A stretch of DNA of 64,000 bases from Pseudomonas aeruginosa PAO1 (GCF_000006765.1 NC_002516.2); one strand, 5' to 3'. Shown: positions 42,942 through 53,114, counted from the first letter of the stretch. The notes: generated from the letters alone by a model not told the origin. A program made the numbers and translations.

Positions 42942-43577
42942 CTACTTCTTGGCCGCTGCGCGCTCTTTCTCGATCAGGTAGTCGGCCAGCTTGAGGGTTT
43001 CCTCCGGACCACCGGCGGAGCCGATGTCGAAGCGATATTTGCCATTGACCACCATGGTCGGTACGCCGGTGACCTGGTAGGCCATCGCCAGCTTCTTGGC
43101 CTTTTCCATCTGGCCCTTGATGGCAAAGGAATTATAGGTGCTCAGGAATTTTTCCTTGTCCACGCCCTTGCCGGCGAGGAAATCGGCCATTTCTTCCGGA
43201 GTGGCGAGCTTCTTGTGCTCCTTGTGGATCGCCTCGAACACGGCGTTGTGTACGTCATGCTCGACACCCATGCTTTCCAGGGTCAGGAACATCTGCCCAT
43301 GGACGTTCCAGATACCGCCGAACAGGGCAGGCAGGCGCACGAAATGGACATCTGCCGGCAGCTTCTCGCTCCACGGCACGATGGTCGGCTCGAACGCGTA
43401 GCAATGCGGGCAGCCATACCAGAACAGTTCCACCACTTCGATCTTGCCCGGCTGGGACACCGGCACCGGGCTGCTCAGCTCGACGTATTCCTTGCCGGCG
43501 GTATAGTCGTCGGCCTGGGCGGCCATGCCGAACAGGCTGGCCATGGCCAGCATGGCGGTGAGAATCAGGTTACGCAT
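42942..43577 (-). CDS. dsbA: Thiol:disulfide oxidoreductase DsbA
   Basis: CPHC active site, cis-Pro GVPT, signal peptide. Confidence 0.97.
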   Translation of the reverse strand: MRNLILTAMLAMASLFGMAAQADDYTAGKEYVELSSPVPVSQPGKIEVVELFWYGCPHCYAFEPTIVPWSEKLPADVHFVRLPALFGGIWNVHGQMFLTLESMGVEHDVHNAVFEAIHKEHKKLATPEEMADFLAGKGVDKEKFLSTYNSFAIKGQMEKAKKLAMAYQVTGVPTMVVNGKYRFDIGSAGGPEETLKLADYLIEKERAAAKK

Positions 43578-43684
43578 CGTTCACTCCTAGGCGAGGTCAG
43601 TGCCGCTCTCCGGCCGGGTTCGGCCCGGTCAGTTCGACCGGGGGGAGCGGTCACGGGTTCCAGCATTGTAGCGATGGCGGACGC

Positions 43685-43713
43685 AAAAAAGGGCAGCCGA
43701 GGCCACCCTTTTT
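43685..43713 (-). terminator. Intrinsic terminator after cc4
   Basis: Minus strand AAAAAGGGTGGC-CTCG-GCTGCCCTTTTTT. Confidence 0.7.
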
Positions 43714-43744
43714 CATACATCTTTTTTGCCGTGCTACGCAGCGA

Positions 43745-44350
43745 TCAGTGCAGACCCTGGATGTAGCTGGAAATCGCGGCGATGTCCTTGTTCGACAGCT
43801 TGGCGGCGATGGACTGCATGATCTTGGTGTCGCCGTCGTTGGTGCGGGTGCCTTCGCGGAAGTCGGTCAGCTGCTTGGCCACGTAGGTCGCGTGCTGGCC
43901 GCCCAGGTGCGGGAAACCGGCGGTTGCGATGCCGACGCCGCTCGGGGAATGGCAACCGGTGCAGGCCGGCATGCCTTCGGCGATCTTGCCGCCGCGGAAC
44001 AGCGCTTCGCCCTGGGCCACCAGGTTCGGATCGGCCATGCCGACGCTCATCTTCTGGCTGGCGAAGTAGGCGGCGATGTCGGCCAGGTCCTGGTCGCTGA
44101 GGTTGGTCAGCAGGCCGGTCATTTCCAGCACGGTACGCTTGCCGTCCTTGATGTCATGCATCTGCTTGAGCAGGTAACGCTCGCCCTGGCCGGCCAGTTT
44201 CGGGAAGTTCGGCGCCGGGCTGTTGCCATCCGCACCGTGACAGGCGCCGCATACCGCGGCTTTCGCCTGGCCCGCGGCGGCATCGCCAGCGGCATGGGCA
44301 AGGCCGGTCAGACCCAGGGTCAACAGCAGACTCACGAGAAGTTTGTTCAT
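43745..44350 (-). CDS. cc4: Dihaem cytochrome c4
   Basis: Two CxxCH motifs (CGACH, CTGCH), signal peptide. Confidence 0.93.
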   Translation of the reverse strand: MNKLLVSLLLTLGLTGLAHAAGDAAAGQAKAAVCGACHGADGNSPAPNFPKLAGQGERYLLKQMHDIKDGKRTVLEMTGLLTNLSDQDLADIAAYFASQKMSVGMADPNLVAQGEALFRGGKIAEGMPACTGCHSPSGVGIATAGFPHLGGQHATYVAKQLTDFREGTRTNDGDTKIMQSIAAKLSNKDIAAISSYIQGLH

Positions 44351-44395
44351 CAGCTAATCCAATTACGGCTAAGGGTGAAAGATAGTGGGCTTCGG

Positions 44396-44689
44396 CTACT
44401 TCTTCACCATCCACTGGATGGTTGCCTGGTAGTCTTCGGCACTGCAGTCGGTGCACAGGCCGCGGGGCGGCATGGCGTTGAATCCGTTGGTCACATGCTG
44501 GACCAGGGTCGGCATGCCCTTGGCCAGCCGCGGCTCCCAGGCGGCATGGTCGCCCTTTTTCGGCGCCATCGGCAGCTGGCCGTCGTGACACGCGCCACAG
44601 GTCCGGTTGAACACTGCTTCCGGGTCCTGCGCCGCCTGCGCCGTAACGGCCACCGCAACGACTGTCGCTGCGAGCAGCAGTTTCTTCAT
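44396..44689 (-). CDS. Cytochrome c5-like monohaem cytochrome
   Basis: CGACH, W..R..KG, MPPRGLC. Confidence 0.9.
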   Translation of the reverse strand: MKKLLLAATVVAVAVTAQAAQDPEAVFNRTCGACHDGQLPMAPKKGDHAAWEPRLAKGMPTLVQHVTNGFNAMPPRGLCTDCSAEDYQATIQWMVKK

Positions 44690-44860
44690 GATCGTCCTCA
44701 TCAGGGGGAACGCCCGCGTTCTACCGCGCGGAAAATGCTCTGTCCGTTCCCGCGCGCGCTCGACCCTGGGGGATAAAGCGCACACAAAATCCGCGGCATT
44801 ATATACTTCCGATACCGAAACGGAAACGAAACAGCCCCCCGCGACACCGAGTCGCACCCC

Positions 44861-44869
44861 TGTGGATAA
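44861..44869. promoter_or_regulatory. Perfect DnaA box immediately before the engB start
   Basis: TGTGGATAA ends 3 nt before the ATG at 44873. Confidence 0.55.
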
Positions 44870-44872
44870 CCC

Positions 44873-45520
44873 ATGTCAGAGAAGAACCCCATCGTCGGCC
44901 TGTGCCAGAAGGCCAGCTTTCTCATCAGTGCCGCCCAGGTCGACCAGTGCCCCCCCGACGAGGGCCTGGAAGTCGCTTTCGCCGGGCGCTCCAATGCCGG
45001 CAAGTCGAGCGCGCTGAACACCCTCACCCACGCCAACCTGGCGCGCACCTCGAAAACCCCGGGACGTACCCAACTGCTCAATTTCTTCGCCCTGGACGAC
45101 TCGCGGCGCCTGGTGGACCTGCCCGGCTACGGCTACGCGAAGGTGCCGATCCCCCTGAAGCAGCACTGGCAGCGCCACCTGGAAGCCTACCTGAGCAGCC
45201 GCGCAAGCCTGGCCGGGGTGTTCCTGATGATGGACATCCGCCACCCGCTGACCGACTTCGACCGACTGATGCTGGATTGGGCACAGGCCAGCCAGTTGCC
45301 GATCCATGTGCTGATGACCAAGGCCGACAAGCTGGCCTTCGGCGCGGCCAAGAACGCCCTGCTCAAGGTACGCCGGGAAGTCCAGCAAGGCTGGGGCGAC
45401 GTCGCCACCCTGCAACTGTTCTCCGCGCCCAAGCGCCAGGGCGTCGACGAGGCGCAAATGGTCCTGGCGCAATGGCTGGGCCTGCTGGACGAGGAACAAG
45501 AAGCGTTCGAGGAAGCCTGA
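44873..45520 (+). CDS. engB: Ribosome biogenesis GTPase EngB/YihA
   Basis: [27 protein letters not shown]. Confidence 0.95.
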   Translation: MSEKNPIVGLCQKASFLISAAQVDQCPPDEGLEVAFAGRSNAGKSSALNTLTHANLARTSKTPGRTQLLNFFALDDSRRLVDLPGYGYAKVPIPLKQHWQRHLEAYLSSRASLAGVFLMMDIRHPLTDFDRLMLDWAQASQLPIHVLMTKADKLAFGAAKNALLKVRREVQQGWGDVATLQLFSAPKRQGVDEAQMVLAQWLGLLDEEQEAFEEA

Positions 45521-45529
45521 ATTCCAGGC

Positions 45530-45660
45530 AAAAAAAACCCCGAGCTTCGTATGGGGAGGGGGAAGTTCGGGGTTCAAGTCCGGACCGCTAGGGCGGGGTC
45601 CAGGAATCTGCCAACACTAAACACTGCAAAGGAGCATCGAAGGGCTCAAGAAGCCATTCG
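45530..45660 (-). ncRNA. ersA: ErsA (Spot42-syntenic, sigma22-dependent sRNA), about 130 nt
   Basis: Lies between polA and engB, bounded by a sigma22 promoter and a terminator AACCCCGAACTTC...GAAGCTCGGGGTTTTTTTT. Size and location match ErsA as recalled. Confidence 0.8.
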
Positions 45661-45665
45661 TGTGT

Positions 45666-45693
45666 TCTGACTGTCGGCAAAACGGGAAAGTTC
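45666..45693 (-). promoter_or_regulatory. sigma22 (AlgU) promoter of ersA
   Basis: GAACTT-N17-TCAGA on the minus strand. Confidence 0.8.
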
Positions 45694-45783
45694 AGCGCGC
45701 CGCGAAAAACTTTTCCACGGCACCCTCCCCGGGCCCTCCGGACCTGGTCGCAAGGCCCGCCATACGGGCCTCGCAACCGTTCA

Positions 45784-48525
45784 TCAGTGGGCTTCGTCCC
45801 AGTTCGAACCGACACCCGCCTCGACCACCAGCGGTACGTCCAGGGTCGCCGCTCCGCTCATCAGCGGGCGGATTCCCTCGCACACCTGCTCGACCAGGTC
45901 CTCGCGCACTTCCAGCACCAGTTCGTCGTGCACCTGGAGGATCACCCGGGCATCGAGGCCGCTTTCCTGCAGCCAGTTATCCACAGCGACCATGGCGCGC
46001 TTCATGATGTCCGCCGCGGTGCCCTGCATCGGCGCGTTGATCGCGGTGCGCTCGGCGGCCTTGCGCATGGCACCGTTCTTCGAATGGATCTCCGGCAGGT
46101 ACAGGCGACGGCCGAACAGGGTTTCGACGAAGCCCTGCTCCGCGGCCTGGGCGCGGGTCCGCTCCATGTACGCCAGGACGCCGGGGTAGCGGGCGAAGTA
46201 ACGGTCGATGTAGGCCTGGGCCTCCTTGCGCTCGACGCCGATCTGCTTGGCCAGGCCGAAGGCGCTCATGCCGTAGATCAATCCGAAGTTGATCGCCTTG
46301 GCGCTGCGTCGCTGGTCGCCGCTGACGTCTTCCAGCGGCACGCCGAAGACTTCCGCCGCGGTGGCGCGGTGTACGTCCAGGTCGTGGCGGAAGGCATCCA
46401 GCAGGCCATCGTCCTTGGCCAGGTGGGCCATGATCCGCAGCTCGATCTGCGAGTAGTCCGCGGCCAATAGCTTGTAGCCCTGCGGCGCGACGAACGCCTG
46501 GCGGATGCGCCGGCCCTCCGCGGTACGGATCGGGATGTTCTGCAGGTTCGGGTCGCTCGACGACAGCCGCCCGGTAGCCGCCACCGCCTGGTGGTATGAG
46601 GTATGGATGCGTCCGGTACGCGGGTTGATCTGCTCGGGCAGGCGGTCGGTGTAGGTGCTCTTGAGCTTGCTCATGGAGCGGTACTGCATGATCACCTTGG
46701 GCAGCTCGAAGTCCTGCTCGGCCAGTTCGGCGAGCACTGCCTCGGCGGTGGACGGCTGGCCGGTCGCGGTCTTGCTCAGAACCGGCAGGCCGAGCTTGTC
46801 GTAGAGGATCGCGCCGAGCTGCTTGGGCGAGCCGAGGTTGAATTCCTGCCCTGCCAGGTCGTATGCCTGGCGCTCCAGGGCGACCATCTTCTCGCCCAGT
46901 TCGCGGCTCTGGATGCCCAGCAGGTTGGCGTCGACCAGCGCGCCGTTGCGCTCGATCCGCGCCAGCACCGGTACCAGCGGCATCTCGATGTCGGTCAGGA
47001 CCCTGGCCAGGGACGGGATCGCCTCCAGCTTCTGCCACAGGGCCTGGTGCAGGCGCAGGGTCACGTCGGCGTCCTCCGCCGCATAGGGCCCGGCCTGTTC
47101 GATGGCGATCTGGTCGAAGGTCAGTTGCTTGGCGCCCTTGCCGGCGATGTCCTCGAAACGGATGGTGCTGTGGCCGAGGTACTTCAGGGCCAGGCTGTCC
47201 ATGTCGTGGCGAGTGGCGGTGGAGTCCAGCACATAGGACTCGAGCATGGTGTCGTAGGCTACGCCCCGCAGCGCGATGGGGGTGCTGGCATTGGCCAGGA
47301 CATTGATGTCGTACTTGGCATGCTGGCCGACCTTGAGCTTCTTCGGATCCTCCAGCAGCGGTTTCAACGCACGCAGCACCGCGTCACGATCCAGTTGCTC
47401 CGGAACGCCCATGTAGCTGTGGGCCAGCGGCACGTAGGCGGCCTCGCCCTCCTTCACGGCGAAGGACACCCCCACCACCTGCGCCTGCTGGGCGTCGATG
47501 CTGGTGGTCTCGGTATCGAAGGCGATCAGCTCGGCCTCCTCCAGCTTCTTCAGCCAGGCGTCGAATCCGGCCTGGTCGAGCACCACGTCGTAGTCGACCT
47601 CGGCCTGGATAGGCGTTTCCGCCTCGCCGTTCTCGCCGGCCTCCTTGGCCTCGCGCAGGAGGTCGTCCAGCCAGTTCTTGAACTCCAGCTCGCGGTACAG
47701 GGCGATCAGCGCTTCGCGCTGCGGCTCGCCGGGATACAGCTTGTCGATCTCCACGTCCAGTTCGACGTCGGTCTTGATGGTCGCCAGTTGATAGGACAGG
47801 AACGCCTGCTCGCGATTTTCCTCGAGCTTCGCCGGCAAGCCCTTGGCGCCGCGGATCGGTAGCTCGGGCACCTTGTCCAGGCTGGCGTAGAGCACCTCCA
47901 GGCCGCCACCGACACCGGTCAGCAGGCCCAGCGCGGTTTTCTCGCCGACACCCGGAACGCCGGGGATGTTGTCGACCTTGTCGCCCATCAGGGCGAGGAA
48001 ATCGATGATCAGCTCAGGACCGACGCCGAATTTCTCTTTCACGCCATCCACGTCGAGGCGGCTACCGGTCATGGTGTTGACCAGCGTAATGTGCCCGTCG
48101 ACCAGTTGCGCCATGTCCTTGTCGCCGGTGGAAATCACCACCGGGCGGTCAGCCGCGGCGCTGCTGCGCGCCAGGGTGCCGATCACGTCGTCGGCCTCGA
48201 CCCCCTCCACGCACAGCAGCGGCAGGCCGAGGGCGCGGACGCTGGCATGCAGCGGCTCGACCTGGACCCGCAGGTCGTCGGGCATCGACGGCCGGTTGGC
48301 CTTGTACTCGGCGAACAGCTCGTCGCGGAAGGTCGGGCCCTTGGCGTCGAAGACCACCGCGAACGGGCTGTCCGGGTACTGCTTGCGCAGGCTCAGGAGC
48401 ATGTTCAGCACGCCCTTCACCGCACCGGTGGGCTTGCCGGTCGAGGTGGTCAGCGGCGGCAGGGCATGGAAGGCGCGGTACAGGTACGAGGAACCGTCCA
48501 CCAGGACGAGGGGCGCTTGGCTCAT
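45784..48525 (-). CDS. polA: DNA polymerase I
   Basis: [44 protein letters not shown]; 913 aa. Confidence 0.98.
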   Translation of the reverse strand: MSQAPLVLVDGSSYLYRAFHALPPLTTSTGKPTGAVKGVLNMLLSLRKQYPDSPFAVVFDAKGPTFRDELFAEYKANRPSMPDDLRVQVEPLHASVRALGLPLLCVEGVEADDVIGTLARSSAAADRPVVISTGDKDMAQLVDGHITLVNTMTGSRLDVDGVKEKFGVGPELIIDFLALMGDKVDNIPGVPGVGEKTALGLLTGVGGGLEVLYASLDKVPELPIRGAKGLPAKLEENREQAFLSYQLATIKTDVELDVEIDKLYPGEPQREALIALYRELEFKNWLDDLLREAKEAGENGEAETPIQAEVDYDVVLDQAGFDAWLKKLEEAELIAFDTETTSIDAQQAQVVGVSFAVKEGEAAYVPLAHSYMGVPEQLDRDAVLRALKPLLEDPKKLKVGQHAKYDINVLANASTPIALRGVAYDTMLESYVLDSTATRHDMDSLALKYLGHSTIRFEDIAGKGAKQLTFDQIAIEQAGPYAAEDADVTLRLHQALWQKLEAIPSLARVLTDIEMPLVPVLARIERNGALVDANLLGIQSRELGEKMVALERQAYDLAGQEFNLGSPKQLGAILYDKLGLPVLSKTATGQPSTAEAVLAELAEQDFELPKVIMQYRSMSKLKSTYTDRLPEQINPRTGRIHTSYHQAVAATGRLSSSDPNLQNIPIRTAEGRRIRQAFVAPQGYKLLAADYSQIELRIMAHLAKDDGLLDAFRHDLDVHRATAAEVFGVPLEDVSGDQRRSAKAINFGLIYGMSAFGLAKQIGVERKEAQAYIDRYFARYPGVLAYMERTRAQAAEQGFVETLFGRRLYLPEIHSKNGAMRKAAERTAINAPMQGTAADIMKRAMVAVDNWLQESGLDARVILQVHDELVLEVREDLVEQVCEGIRPLMSGAATLDVPLVVEAGVGSNWDEAH

Positions 48526-48602
48526 GAGGGGAATCAACCTTTTCCGGAGACCAGGGCGTGTAGAATGAACCCTGGACGATTCGATAAAGGAGCAAGGTTA
48601 CC

Positions 48603-48893
48603 ATGCGTACGCTGAACCGCTTGATGCTCGCCGGACTGCTGGCGTTCGCCCCGCTCGTCGCGATGGCGGCGGACGACGACGCGCCCTCCGGCGAGCCCGA
48701 CGTAACCATCCGCCAGGAGGGCGACAAGACCATCCAGGAATACCGCGTGAATGGCTTCCTCTACGCCATCAAGGTGGTTCCCAAGCATGGCAAACCCTAT
48801 TTCCTGGTCCGCGCCGACGGCAGCGATGGCAACTTCATTCGCTCCGACCAGCCGGACAAGCTGATTCCACAATGGGAGATCTTCAGCTGGTGA
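48603..48893 (+). CDS. DUF2782-like small exported protein
   Basis: Signal peptide; IQEYRVNG..YAIKVVPKHGKPYFL...PQWEIFSW. Confidence 0.8.
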   Translation: MRTLNRLMLAGLLAFAPLVAMAADDDAPSGEPDVTIRQEGDKTIQEYRVNGFLYAIKVVPKHGKPYFLVRADGSDGNFIRSDQPDKLIPQWEIFSW

Positions 48894-48926
48894 TGTGCAT
48901 TTCCAACCTGGCGAGGCCGCGCTGAC

Positions 48927-49877
48927 ATGTCGGTGTTCACCCCACTCGAACGCTCGACCCTGGAAGCCTTCCTCGCCCCCTACGACCTGGGCCGCCTGCG
49001 GGATTTCCGTGGCATCGCCGAAGGCTCCGAGAACAGCAACTTCTTCGTCAGCCTGGAACACGGCGAGTTCGTCCTGACCCTGGTCGAGCGCGGCCCGGTG
49101 CAGGACCTGCCGTTCTTCATCGAACTGCTCGACGTGCTCCACGAGGACGGCCTGCCGGTGCCCTACGCCCTGCGCACCCGCGACGGCGAGGCCCTGCGCC
49201 GTCTCGAAGGCAAGCCGGCGCTGCTGCAACCGCGCCTGGCCGGCCGCCACGAGCGGCAGCCGAACGCCCACCACTGCCAGGAAGTGGGCGATCTGCTCGG
49301 CCACCTTCACGCCGCCACCCGCGGGCGCATCCTCGAACGCCCGAGCGACCGTGGCCTGCCCTGGATGCTGGAACAAGGTGCCAACCTCGCCCCGCGACTA
49401 CCGGAACAGGCCCGCGCCCTGCTCGCCCCGGCCCTGGCGGAGATCGCCGCGCTGGATGCCGAGCGTCCAGCGCTGCCGCGCGCCAACCTGCATGCCGACC
49501 TGTTCCGCGACAACGTGCTGTTCGACGGCCCGCACCTGGCCGGCCTGATCGACTTCTACAACGCCTGCTCCGGCTGGATGCTCTACGACCTGGCGATCAC
49601 CCTGAACGACTGGTGCTCCAATACCGACGGCAGCCTGGACCCGGCCCGCGCCCGCGCCCTGCTCGCCGCCTACGCCAACCGCCGGCCGTTCACCGCGCTG
49701 GAAGCCGAGCACTGGCCGAGCATGCTGCGGGTCGCCTGCGTGCGCTTCTGGCTGTCGCGACTGATCGCCGCCGAGGCGTTCGCCGGACAGGACGTGCTGA
49801 TCCATGATCCGGCGGAGTTCGAGATACGCCTGGCGCAACGGCAGAACGTGGAGATTCATTTGCCGTTTGCGTTGTAG
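48927..49877 (+). CDS. thrB: Homoserine kinase (Pseudomonas/APH type)
   Basis: MSVFT, GIAEGSENSNF, HADLFRDNVLF, IDFYNAC. Confidence 0.93.
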   Translation: MSVFTPLERSTLEAFLAPYDLGRLRDFRGIAEGSENSNFFVSLEHGEFVLTLVERGPVQDLPFFIELLDVLHEDGLPVPYALRTRDGEALRRLEGKPALLQPRLAGRHERQPNAHHCQEVGDLLGHLHAATRGRILERPSDRGLPWMLEQGANLAPRLPEQARALLAPALAEIAALDAERPALPRANLHADLFRDNVLFDGPHLAGLIDFYNACSGWMLYDLAITLNDWCSNTDGSLDPARARALLAAYANRRPFTALEAEHWPSMLRVACVRFWLSRLIAAEAFAGQDVLIHDPAEFEIRLAQRQNVEIHLPFAL

Positions 49878-49896
49878 GCAGGAACCACAGGAGCAC

Positions 49897-50165
49897 GGCC
49901 GTCCTGCGGCCGTTCGCCCTTCAAAAACCATGCGGTTCGGCGTCTCGGAGTGAGGCCGAGCCGACATCCTGTCGAGGCCTCGTCGTTCAGCCCACCCCCA
50001 GCCCGGCCATCCTGGCCGGTCGTTCGCATTGAAAAACCCATGCGGTTCGGCGTCTGGGGTGAGGCCGAGCCGACATCCTGTCGAGGCCTCGTCGTTCAGC
50101 CCACCCCCGGCCCGGCCATCCTGGCCGGTCGTTCGCCCTTCAAAACGCATCCGTTTTGAACGGGC
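49897..50165. repeat. About 2.3 copies of a 109-110 bp tandem repeat with internal hairpins
   Basis: CCATGCGGTTCGG starts at 49928 and 50038; a partial copy precedes at 49897. From memory this is where the MLVA marker ms217 lies (unverified). Confidence 0.9.
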
Positions 50166-50855
50166 TCACCCACATTTCGAGTGTCCGCAGTTGAGGCAGG
50201 TGGCGCAGCCGTCCATCTGTACCACCGCCATGCTGTTGCACTTGCCGCACAGTTGCGCGCCGGCGGGGAAGCCTTCGCCCGGCTCGACCTTGCTGGTGCC
50301 CTGGGCGGCCTCGTAGGCGGCGCGTTTTTCCGCGAGGAAAAGACGCTGTTCCTCGTCCAGTTCAGGGCCACGCAACAGGCCGATGGCCGTCAGGTGGCGC
50401 TCCAGCACGCCGCCGATCTCGGCGACGATGGAAGGCATGTAGATGCCGCCTTTCTTCAGGTAGCCCCCGCGCGGGTCGAATACCGCCTTGAGTTCCTCGA
50501 CAAGGAAGGTGCAGTCGCCGCCCTTGCGGAAAACCGCGGACATGATGCGGGTAAGTGCGACGATCCACTGGAAATGATCCATGTTCTTCGAGTTGATGAA
50601 GATCTCGAAGGGACGCCGCTGCTCGTGCGCCGTGCCCGCGTTGAGGACCATGTCGTTGATGGTCACGTAGAGCGCGTGCTCGAACAGCGGCGACTTGATC
50701 TTGTAGGTGGCGCCGATCAGGGTATCCGGGCGCTCCAGGGTCTCGTCCATCTGCACCACCGACGCGGCTTCCGCGGCGGCGGCAAGGGCCTGCTCCTCGG
50801 CTTCGTTGACGACCTTGAAGCCCTTGATCTTCTGCGTGATCTTGACTGCTGACAT
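50166..50855 (-). CDS. nrdJb: Class II ribonucleotide reductase, small (C-terminal) subunit
   Basis: TSCPD-like domain (RPFEIFINSK) and C-terminal Cys cluster CGKC...CATCLNCGHSKCG. Confidence 0.92.
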   Translation of the reverse strand: MSAVKITQKIKGFKVVNEAEEQALAAAAEAASVVQMDETLERPDTLIGATYKIKSPLFEHALYVTINDMVLNAGTAHEQRRPFEIFINSKNMDHFQWIVALTRIMSAVFRKGGDCTFLVEELKAVFDPRGGYLKKGGIYMPSIVAEIGGVLERHLTAIGLLRGPELDEEQRLFLAEKRAAYEAAQGTSKVEPGEGFPAGAQLCGKCNSMAVVQMDGCATCLNCGHSKCG

Positions 50856-50871
50856 ATCGATTCCCCCGGCC

Positions 50872-53016
50872 TCAGTACTTGCCGTAATAGCCTTCTTTCA
50901 AGGCGTCGAAGAGGTTGGCGGCGGTATGGATCTCACCGTCGTACTCGACCTGCTCGTTGCCCTTGAACTCCACCACGCTGCCGTCCTCCAGTTCGAAGCG
51001 GTAGCGGGTCTTCTCCAGGTCGGACTCCTTGACCAGCACGCCCTGGAACGCCTCGGGATTGAAGCGGAAGGTGGTGCAGCCCTTGAGTCCCTGGTGCCAG
51101 GCGTAGCGGTAGATGTCCTTGAAGTCCTCGAACGGGTAGTCGGTGGGCACGTTGGCGGTCTTGGAGATCGACGAATCGACCCACTTCTGCGCCGCCGCCT
51201 GGATGTCCATGTGCTGCGCCGGGGTGACGCTGTCGGCGGTGATGAAGTAGTCCGGCAGGCGTCGCGCCGGGTCGTCGCTGTCCGGCAGGGCCTGGGCGTT
51301 GACCAGGGTCCGGTATGCCAGCAGCTCGTAGCTGTAGACCTCGACCTTTTCCTTGGTCTTGCGGCCTTCGCGGATAAGGTTGCGCGAATAATGGTGGGCG
51401 AAGCTCGGCTCGATACCGTTGGAGGCATTGTTGGCCAGGCTCAGGCTGATGGTCCCGGTCGGCGCGATGGAGCTGTGGTGAGTGAAGCGCGCGCCGGTTT
51501 CAGCCAACGCCTCGATCAGTTCCGGAGCATGTTCGGCGACCCGCTGCATGTAGCGGGAATACTTGGCGTGAAGCACGCTGCCGCGGATGCGGTCGCCGGC
51601 CTTATAGCCATCGGCGGCCATTTCCGGACGCTTGCGAAGCATTTCCGCAGTGACTTCGTAGTCCTGCGCCAGGATCGGCGCCGGGCCCTTCTCCCTGGCC
51701 AGCTCCAGGGCCACTTCCCAGCCCACCAGGGCCATTTCCCGCGCCACTTCCTCGGTGAATACGCAGGCCTCGGGACTGCCGTAGCGCAGCTTGAGCAGGG
51801 TCAGGGTCGAGCCCAGGCCGAGGAAGCCCATGCCATGCCGGCGCTTGCCAAGGATTTCCTGGCGTTGCTGTTCCAGCGGCAGGCCGTTGATTTCCACCAC
51901 GTTGTCGAGCATCCGGGTAAACACCCGCACCACTTCGCGGAAACGGTCCCAGTCGAAGCGCGCCTCGTCGCCAAATGGCTGCTCGACGAAGCAGGTGAGG
52001 TTGACCGAGCCGAGCAGACACGAGCCGTACGGCGGCAGAGGCTGCTCGCCGCAGGGGTTGGTGGCGCGAATCGCCTCGCACCACCAGTTGTTGTTCAGTT
52101 CGTTGACCCGGTCGATGAGGATGAAGCCCGGCTCCGCATAGTCGTAGGTGGAGACCATGATCATGTCCCACAGGTGGCGGGCGCGGACCTGGCCGTAGAC
52201 CTTGCAGGCGACCAGCCCGTCGGCGCGCTGGACGTAGTCGTCCTGGATCGGCCATTCGCGCCAGACCACCGCGTTGGGGTCGTCGAGGTCGATCTCGTCG
52301 CGCTCCTTCACGTGCACCGGGAATACCAGCGGCCAGTCGGCGTCCTGTTCCACCGCCTGCATGAACTGGTCGGTGATCAGCAGGCTCAGGTTGAACTGGC
52401 GCAAGCGCCCGTCCTCGCGCTTGGCGCGGATGAATTCGCGGACGTCCGGGTGGCTGACATCGAAGGTGCCCATCTGCGCGCCGCGGCGGCCGCCGGCGGA
52501 GCTGACGGTGAAGCACATCTTGTCGTAGATGTCCATGAACGACAGCGGCCCGCTGGTGTAGGCACCGGCACCGGAAACGTAGGCGCCGCGCGGGCGCAGG
52601 GTGCTGAACTCATAGCCGATGCCGCAGCCGGCCTTGAGCGTCAGGCCGGCCTCGTGGACTTTCTCGAGGATGTTGTCCATGGAGTCCTGGATGGTCCCGG
52701 ACACGGTGCAGTTGATGGTCGAGGTGGCCGGCTTGTGCCCCAGGGCGCCGGCATTGGAAATGATCCGGCCGGCCGGGATGGCGCCGTTGCGCAGGGCCCA
52801 GAGGAAGCGCCCGTACCAGTGTTCGCGGGAGGCCTTGTCCTCGACATCGGCAAGGGCGCGGGCGACGCGTTGCCAGGTACCGTCGACGCTGGCATCCACC
52901 GGCGTACCGTCCTTGCTCTTGAGCCGGTACTTCTTGTCCCAGATATCCTGCGACGCGTCCTGCAGGGCGATGGTCCCGCGTTCGGTGCGGGGACTGCGTG
53001 CGTCTGTCTTGGCCAT
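50872..53016 (-). CDS. nrdJa: Class II (B12-dependent) ribonucleotide reductase, catalytic subunit
   Basis: PAGRI, STINC, ATNPCGEQ, APTGTIS. Start placed at MAKTD (GGGAGG RBS); the ORF is open to 53076. Confidence 0.93.
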   Translation of the reverse strand: MAKTDARSPRTERGTIALQDASQDIWDKKYRLKSKDGTPVDASVDGTWQRVARALADVEDKASREHWYGRFLWALRNGAIPAGRIISNAGALGHKPATSTINCTVSGTIQDSMDNILEKVHEAGLTLKAGCGIGYEFSTLRPRGAYVSGAGAYTSGPLSFMDIYDKMCFTVSSAGGRRGAQMGTFDVSHPDVREFIRAKREDGRLRQFNLSLLITDQFMQAVEQDADWPLVFPVHVKERDEIDLDDPNAVVWREWPIQDDYVQRADGLVACKVYGQVRARHLWDMIMVSTYDYAEPGFILIDRVNELNNNWWCEAIRATNPCGEQPLPPYGSCLLGSVNLTCFVEQPFGDEARFDWDRFREVVRVFTRMLDNVVEINGLPLEQQRQEILGKRRHGMGFLGLGSTLTLLKLRYGSPEACVFTEEVAREMALVGWEVALELAREKGPAPILAQDYEVTAEMLRKRPEMAADGYKAGDRIRGSVLHAKYSRYMQRVAEHAPELIEALAETGARFTHHSSIAPTGTISLSLANNASNGIEPSFAHHYSRNLIREGRKTKEKVEVYSYELLAYRTLVNAQALPDSDDPARRLPDYFITADSVTPAQHMDIQAAAQKWVDSSISKTANVPTDYPFEDFKDIYRYAWHQGLKGCTTFRFNPEAFQGVLVKESDLEKTRYRFELEDGSVVEFKGNEQVEYDGEIHTAANLFDALKEGYYGKY

Positions 53017-53068
53017 CCGCTGATTAACCTCCCGATGGTTGTTGGGGCGTCCGAAGCCGGCCACCGTA

Positions 53069-53114
53069 CGCAACATCTAGTTATCCGTACCTGACGGGAA
53101 TCAATATCTTGTGT
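53069..53114 (-). promoter_or_regulatory. Two NrdR boxes 31 bp apart, with an overlapping Anr/Dnr-like site
   Basis: Minus strand ACACAAGATATTGATT and ATAACTAGATGTTGCG; TTGAT-TCCC-GTCAG at 53091-53104. Confidence 0.7.

Noticed and set aside
49897-50165. CRISPR array
   Set aside because: The units are near-identical over their whole length with no unique spacers, and no cas genes are nearby. It is a tandem repeat.
50707-53094. 795-aa plus-strand ORF
   Set aside because: It is an antisense shadow of nrdJa.
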